This document shows, one piece after another, positions 59,705 to 64,000 of a DNA stretch of 64,000 nt. The translations under genes and the position numbers were made by a program. The DNA is from Candidatus Adlerbacteria bacterium (GTDB taxonomy: Bacteria > Patescibacteriota > Minisyncoccia > Phycocordibacterales > SBAW01). A model generated the notes under the pieces. It searched no databases, had not been told where the DNA came from, and worked only from the letters and a program-made list of their open reading frames with translations. Positions within the stretch are counted from its first letter, which is position 1, and every line of letters begins with the position of its first letter. The DNA lies in contig CAVVLG010000002.1 in the NCBI GenBank assembly GCA_963749085.1, forward strand, positions 229,033 to 293,032. The letters are read 5' to 3'.

Positions 59705-60040
59705 CCTTATACGTGCGGGGTCAAAATCAAGAGCAACGACAGTGCCGACTTCTTAGTCGCTCAGACAGGAGGATGGGTACGTCGCTGAGGACGTAGCTCC
59801 TCTTTACTGATTGATGCCGTCTTAGCATATTGCTGGGACGGCTTTTTTCTTTCCTTATCTCTCCACCAATCTCGGTATCGTTACCGTGAGCCACTGCATT
59901 TCCTGCTCAATCTCTCTCCAATCTACCAATCTGAACTTGTCCTTGTAGCGGAGCAGACTGGGAGAAAAAGAAATGACCCTCGTGCTGCAATAAGCGGCTG
60001 TTTTACGAGGGTCAAGGGTTTTTAGAAAAAAATAAAATGT

Positions 60041-60445
60041 TCATCCTCCCTCTCCTTGAGGCGGAAAGAAACAACGTGGCGAATCCGATCCCATAGGATA
60101 GACGAACATGACGCCCTCTTTGGTGGGTGTTGGTTCCCCCCAATGGATTATGTCCTCTGGCACTCTTTCTCACTTTTGCTGAACGGGGTTGTACCAGTCC
60201 CATCCATCCGAACCGTCTTTGGCGGGGCGAAAATGAGTCTTGATGATTTCGGCTCCTTCGCAACAGGAGCATTGGTCGGTGGCAGACATCATGGGGCAGA
60301 TGCGTTTGGTTGCGGTAGGCATGACCATTTGTTTATCGGCCCATCCGTAATAGGGTGAACTACTCCAATCTCGCACTTGTGTCTCCCCTTGAAGAAGAGA
60401 CGACAAGACGAACAAAAGTGTCAGTTGACGCGGCGTCTGTAGCAT
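60041..60445 (-). pseudogene. secreted Cys-containing protein with in-frame TGA
   Basis: Frame continues K*ERVPEDIIHWGEPTP...RCFFPP after TGA at 60170-72; AAGGAGG RBS. Confidence 0.65.
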
Positions 60446-60500
60446 AGGTCCTCCTTCTCAAGGTACTGAGGTTGAAGCATCCGACGCAGCCTTCGGAGCA

Positions 60501-60776
60501 TCACTCACGGTGCGGCACTGGGCATTTTCTGGTCACATCCTTTGGCGGAAGGCCCATATGCTTTCTTTCTTCATCCCGTAACTCAACCTGGATGAATCGT
60601 TTTATGGCCAAACGGTTCAGAGGAAGCATCCTCGCAGCGCGGCGGGCAAGCACTTCATGCGTTATAGCAGTATCCAGCGAGCGAAGAATGCGGGAGGCTC
60701 GCAGGAGGGCTGCAACTTTTTCCTCACGCGTTGCACGGCCGATTTTGGTTGACTTGTCGAGAGCCTTATCATACAT
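60501..60776 (-). CDS. small basic hypothetical protein
   Basis: AGGAG RBS before ATG. Confidence 0.45.
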   Translation of the reverse strand: MYDKALDKSTKIGRATREEKVAALLRASRILRSLDTAITHEVLARRAARMLPLNRLAIKRFIQVELRDEERKHMGLPPKDVTRKCPVPHRE

Positions 60777-60968
60777 AGACCATCTCCTGTATGCGCGGAA
60801 TATCCAGTCTTTCACTACCATACCAAGGCACTCGACCGCTCGCAAACCTCACTCAAAAGCTCCAAAACGTCCCTACAAGGCCTCAAGGCCTTTACCTACC
60901 TTCTCGTTACTGTCTGTATATATCTAATCCCCTTGCCTCCCCCGGCCACCCACGTACAATGAGGAGCA

Positions 60969-61961
60969 ATGGGAATCATCAACGGTGGGAGCAATACAGA
61001 CCCAAACAAGATCCTGCCGATGAAATATCCGTGGGCACGCACGCACTATAAAAAAGGGGTGGCCAACAACTGGGTGCCCGAGGAGGTCTCCATGCAGCAG
61101 GACGTGGAGCTCTGGAAAAAGCAAGGAGGCCTCAGCGAGGATGAGCGCCGTATGATTCTCTGGAATCTCGGTTTTTTCTCGACCGCCGAGTCCCTGACCG
61201 CCAACAACATCGTGCTCGCCATCTACCGCCATATCACCAACCCCGAGTCGAGGCAGTATCTTCTGCGCCAGGCGTATGAGGAGGCGGTACACACCGACAC
61301 CTTCATCTACTGCTGCGATACCTTGGGCCTCAACCCGGATGATATCTATAACATGTACCAAACCATTCCCTCGATAAAGGAGAAAGATGATTTCGTGGTC
61401 GATATGACCAAGTCAGTGTTTGATCCGAATTTCTCCACTGTGGGCACCGAAAACATACAGAAGTTCGTGCACGACCTCGTCGGCTACTACGTCATCATGG
61501 AGGGTATTTTCTTTTATGCCGGTTTCGTCATGATGCTCTCCATGCTGCGCAAGAACCGCATGGTGGGTGTGGGGGAAATGTTCCAGTTCATCTTGCGCGA
61601 CGAGTCGGTGCATCTCGCCTTCGGCGCCGATCTGACCAATACCATCGTGGCGGAGAATCCGGAGATCTGGACGCCCGAATTCAAGAAAACACTAGAAAAA
61701 AATATTCTGCGCGGGGTGGAGCTGGAGAAAAAATATGCCGATGACGCGCTGCCGCGCGGCATCGTGGGGCTCGCTCCCGCTTCAGTCAAGCAGTACATCG
61801 AGCACATCGCCGACCGGAGGCTCGAGCGCATAGGGCTGGAGCGGCAATACCACAAGGACAACCCCTTCCCCTGGATGTCTGAGATCATGGATATGCCGAA
61901 GGAGAAAAATTTCTTCGAGACGAGGGTGACGGAATATAAAACAGGAGAGCTGGATTGGTAA
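60969..61961 (+). CDS. nrdB: ribonucleotide reductase beta subunit, class Ic (R2c, Mn/Fe)
   Basis: GFFSTAESL (Glu first ligand), EEAVHTDTF (Phe at the radical Tyr position), MEGIFFY, RDESVH, KNFFETRVTEY. Confidence 0.95.
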   Translation: MGIINGGSNTDPNKILPMKYPWARTHYKKGVANNWVPEEVSMQQDVELWKKQGGLSEDERRMILWNLGFFSTAESLTANNIVLAIYRHITNPESRQYLLRQAYEEAVHTDTFIYCCDTLGLNPDDIYNMYQTIPSIKEKDDFVVDMTKSVFDPNFSTVGTENIQKFVHDLVGYYVIMEGIFFYAGFVMMLSMLRKNRMVGVGEMFQFILRDESVHLAFGADLTNTIVAENPEIWTPEFKKTLEKNILRGVELEKKYADDALPRGIVGLAPASVKQYIEHIADRRLERIGLERQYHKDNPFPWMSEIMDMPKEKNFFETRVTEYKTGELDW

Positions 61962-62003
61962 AAAGAAACGAGACCGAACAAGTCGGCCTCGGGAAATTCT
62001 GGA

Positions 62004-62330
62004 TCAGGACGCTCGCCACTCAGCGATTTGATGGGCGGATATGCCGAGGTGATCGCAGTTGAACGTGGCCTCCGTCTCTTTAGCACGAGCTTCCAGACAG
62101 TCGAGCACTCCGCCTAAATCCAGACCCGTACTGACTTCACAGTTCGTGACCCGGTAGCGAGTCGTCGTACAGTCGACGATGCGAATCTCGAAATATTCAG
62201 TGCCGAAACCAAAGAGGCCTTCGTCCCAGCGCGTGCGTCTGCGTACTGTGACCGTCATACTCCCGGGCGGGTCAAGTCGCGTTGCCTGTAGCAGCTCCCG
62301 GGGTCTAGTGGTCGGTGGAGTGACACTCAT
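62004..62330 (-). CDS. hypothetical protein
   Basis: GGAG RBS; sequence style similar to its neighbour. Confidence 0.5.
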   Translation of the reverse strand: MSVTPPTTRPRELLQATRLDPPGSMTVTVRRRTRWDEGLFGFGTEYFEIRIVDCTTTRYRVTNCEVSTGLDLGGVLDCLEARAKETEATFNCDHLGISAHQIAEWRAS

Positions 62331-62413
62331 GAGGTTCTCCGTGGGTGCATAACAAAGCCGAAGATACCGTAGCATAAAAAAATGGTCCGCGCTAGAGCGC
62401 AGACCGATGGCGA

Positions 62414-62731
62414 TTATTTTTTGAGGTCGTTTCGAATGGGTTCGTACGAATAACCCAGCTCCCTGCAACCAGCTTCAAGCAAGCGTAGGTGCTGTTCGAG
62501 CGCAAGGAGATTATCCTCGACCTCGACGGTCCACCCTATTTCAAAGAGTGATCCGTACGTCCTCACTGACAGCTGTAGCTTCGTCTTCCCCTCCCAAAAC
62601 CACGCGGACGGGTCGGGTATGCGATTGACCTCCACGTAGAGCGACGGCCTCAACGCAACCTGCGATTGCGTCACTCGCGCAGCCGTGGGCGATTCCCGCC
62701 CGGGAAACAAACGGATAACTTCTGAAGCCAT
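62414..62731 (-). CDS. hypothetical protein
   Basis: AGGAGG RBS. Confidence 0.55.
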   Translation of the reverse strand: MASEVIRLFPGRESPTAARVTQSQVALRPSLYVEVNRIPDPSAWFWEGKTKLQLSVRTYGSLFEIGWTVEVEDNLLALEQHLRLLEAGCRELGYSYEPIRNDLKK

Positions 62732-62774
62732 GATGCCCTCCTACTTGCCAAAGACACTATACAACTCCACTCAA

Positions 62775-63569
62775 TTATCGCAACGCGTGGGCGACGTCAT
62801 ACTCTCCTACTTTAGTGCGCAGAATATGAAGCGCCAGGGCCGGCACACCAAGCCGCTTGCCAAGTTCATTGGCTATAGAGCGCGCGTAGGTGCCTGAGGA
62901 GCATTCAATCTGTATGGTGGCGCAGGGAAACTCCCGCCCTCCCAACTTCTTCAGATACCTATTCCACAGCCGCAGCGTTTCCTCCTGCCGAAAATCGCCA
63001 TTTACTTTACTAACACTCTCCTCGATATAGGAGAGGAGATCTGCTTCTTCCACCTTATATATCCCTTGCAACCTCACGTCGTAAAGAGTCACCGTGCGGC
63101 TGGGAAGGACGAGTGCCCCCAAGGCGTTACTGCGCGCCCATTGAAAGAGCGATTTGCCTTCGACCGTTTTGCTTGAGTAGGGCGGATAGTCCTGGGAGAC
63201 GCTGCCGCGGAAATCACTCAGCGCTTGTATAATCATTGGTTGTTTGACGCTACTGGGATCTCCCATCTCAATGACGCGGCCGAGTATGTCATAGGTGTCG
63301 GTTGAGAAACCGAAGAGCACATCGAGTATGTACTCTTTTGGCATCTCAAGATACTCCTCACGACGATTGTTCGCCGAACCTACGAGGCACAGCATCACCC
63401 CCTCGGCCATGGGATCAAGCCGTCCGGCGTAAGAGAGCACTTCGTGCTGAAAATACGCCCGTTCGGTACGCAATCGCTCGAGACGCTCGCGCGGCGTCTC
63501 GCCGAGTTTTTTGTATAGGTTCACTACCTGGCCTGCCTTGTGCAACGTTTGATTGGGTGTGTCTGACAT
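62775..63569 (-). CDS. truB: tRNA pseudouridine synthase B
   Basis: YAGRLDPMAEGV, KEY, TDTYD.LG, YPPYSSK, CSSGTYARS. Confidence 0.92.
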   Translation of the reverse strand: MSDTPNQTLHKAGQVVNLYKKLGETPRERLERLRTERAYFQHEVLSYAGRLDPMAEGVMLCLVGSANNRREEYLEMPKEYILDVLFGFSTDTYDILGRVIEMGDPSSVKQPMIIQALSDFRGSVSQDYPPYSSKTVEGKSLFQWARSNALGALVLPSRTVTLYDVRLQGIYKVEEADLLSYIEESVSKVNGDFRQEETLRLWNRYLKKLGGREFPCATIQIECSSGTYARSIANELGKRLGVPALALHILRTKVGEYDVAHALR

Positions 63570-63597
63570 TTCTGTTAGAATAGCCGATGCGGCGGCT

Positions 63598-64000
63598 ATG
63601 AGCAAAACCAACGAGCCCACACAACAAAAAAAACTTTCAGTCGAGCCCTACAAAGGGGTGCGGGATTTCTACCCCGAGGAGCAAGCTTTCCTCAACTACT
63701 TTATTTCGACCTGCCGGGAATTCGTTGAGAGACTGGGCTACGTCGAGTACGGGGCCTCGATTTTAGAGCCGAGCGAGCTGTATAAAGCCAAGGGGTCGCA
63801 GAACGAGGAGCTGGTAGCAGAGCAGACGTATACCTTCGAGGATCGCGGCGGACGCGAAGTGACGCTCCGGCCCGAAATGACGCCCACCGTGGCGCGCATG
63901 GTCGCCGCGAGGAGGCGCGGGTGGGGCTTTCCTCTTCGACTCTACTCGATACCGAATTTTTTCCGCTATGAGCGCCCGCAGCGCGGTCGCATCCGCGAGT
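63598..64000 (+). CDS. hisS: histidyl-tRNA synthetase (N-terminal part, runs off window)
   Basis: Translated by hand: YKGVRDFYP, YTFEDRGGREVTLRPEMTP, FRYERPQRGR.RE; not in the ORF track because it has no stop. Confidence 0.93.
   Translation, partial: MSKTNEPTQQKKLSVEPYKGVRDFYPEEQAFLNYFISTCREFVERLGYVEYGASILEPSELYKAKGSQNEELVAEQTYTFEDRGGREVTLRPEMTPTVARMVAARRRGWGFPLRLYSIPNFFRYERPQRGRIRE

Noticed and set aside
40300-59850. Integron cassette array
   Set aside because: Hairpins have U tracts and lack paired RYYYAAC/GTTRRRY attC cores; no tyrosine integrase; genes have their own promoters and mixed orientation
60170-60172. TGA recoding (genetic code 25 or 4)
   Set aside because: Many genes in the window end in TGA with ATGA overlaps, and long conserved genes have no internal TGA

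Overview
A 64-kb window that looks like a Patescibacteria (CPR, Parcubacteria-like) chromosome. This is inferred from the compact TruB, the HisS N-terminus, many small Thr-rich exported proteins and the tRNA-linked serine recombinase remnants. Contents from left to right: (1) a ~13-kb surface-glycan locus with a GH5/GH39-like hydrolase, a Wzx flippase fused to an ATP-grasp-like domain, four GT4 domains (two in fusions), and DUF2206- and DUF1616-like membrane proteins; (2) toxin-antitoxin pairs, secreted proteins and a divergent aromatic amino-acid hydroxylase; (3) a capsid-less phage remnant (ParB-methyltransferase, TerS-like HTH, GpA-type TerL) whose terminase is cleanly split by an 847-bp IS5 element with a TA duplication; (4) several genes that resemble Hyphomicrobiales/Bradyrhizobium families; (5) nrdA and a class Ic (Mn/Fe, Tyr-to-Phe) nrdB separated by a ~23-kb composite island with tRNA 3'-end scars; (6) truB and the start of hisS. 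The island carries ppdK, a NYN nuclease, a Replic_Relax-serine recombinase fusion and the best candidate for an undescribed system: a nuclease-less MORC-type GHKL ATPase coupled to an orphan partner, next to a SAM-methyltransferase-like gene with an internal in-frame start and a PD-(D/E)xK-like/Zn-finger pair. All family assignments come from motif recognition by eye; no database searches were run.
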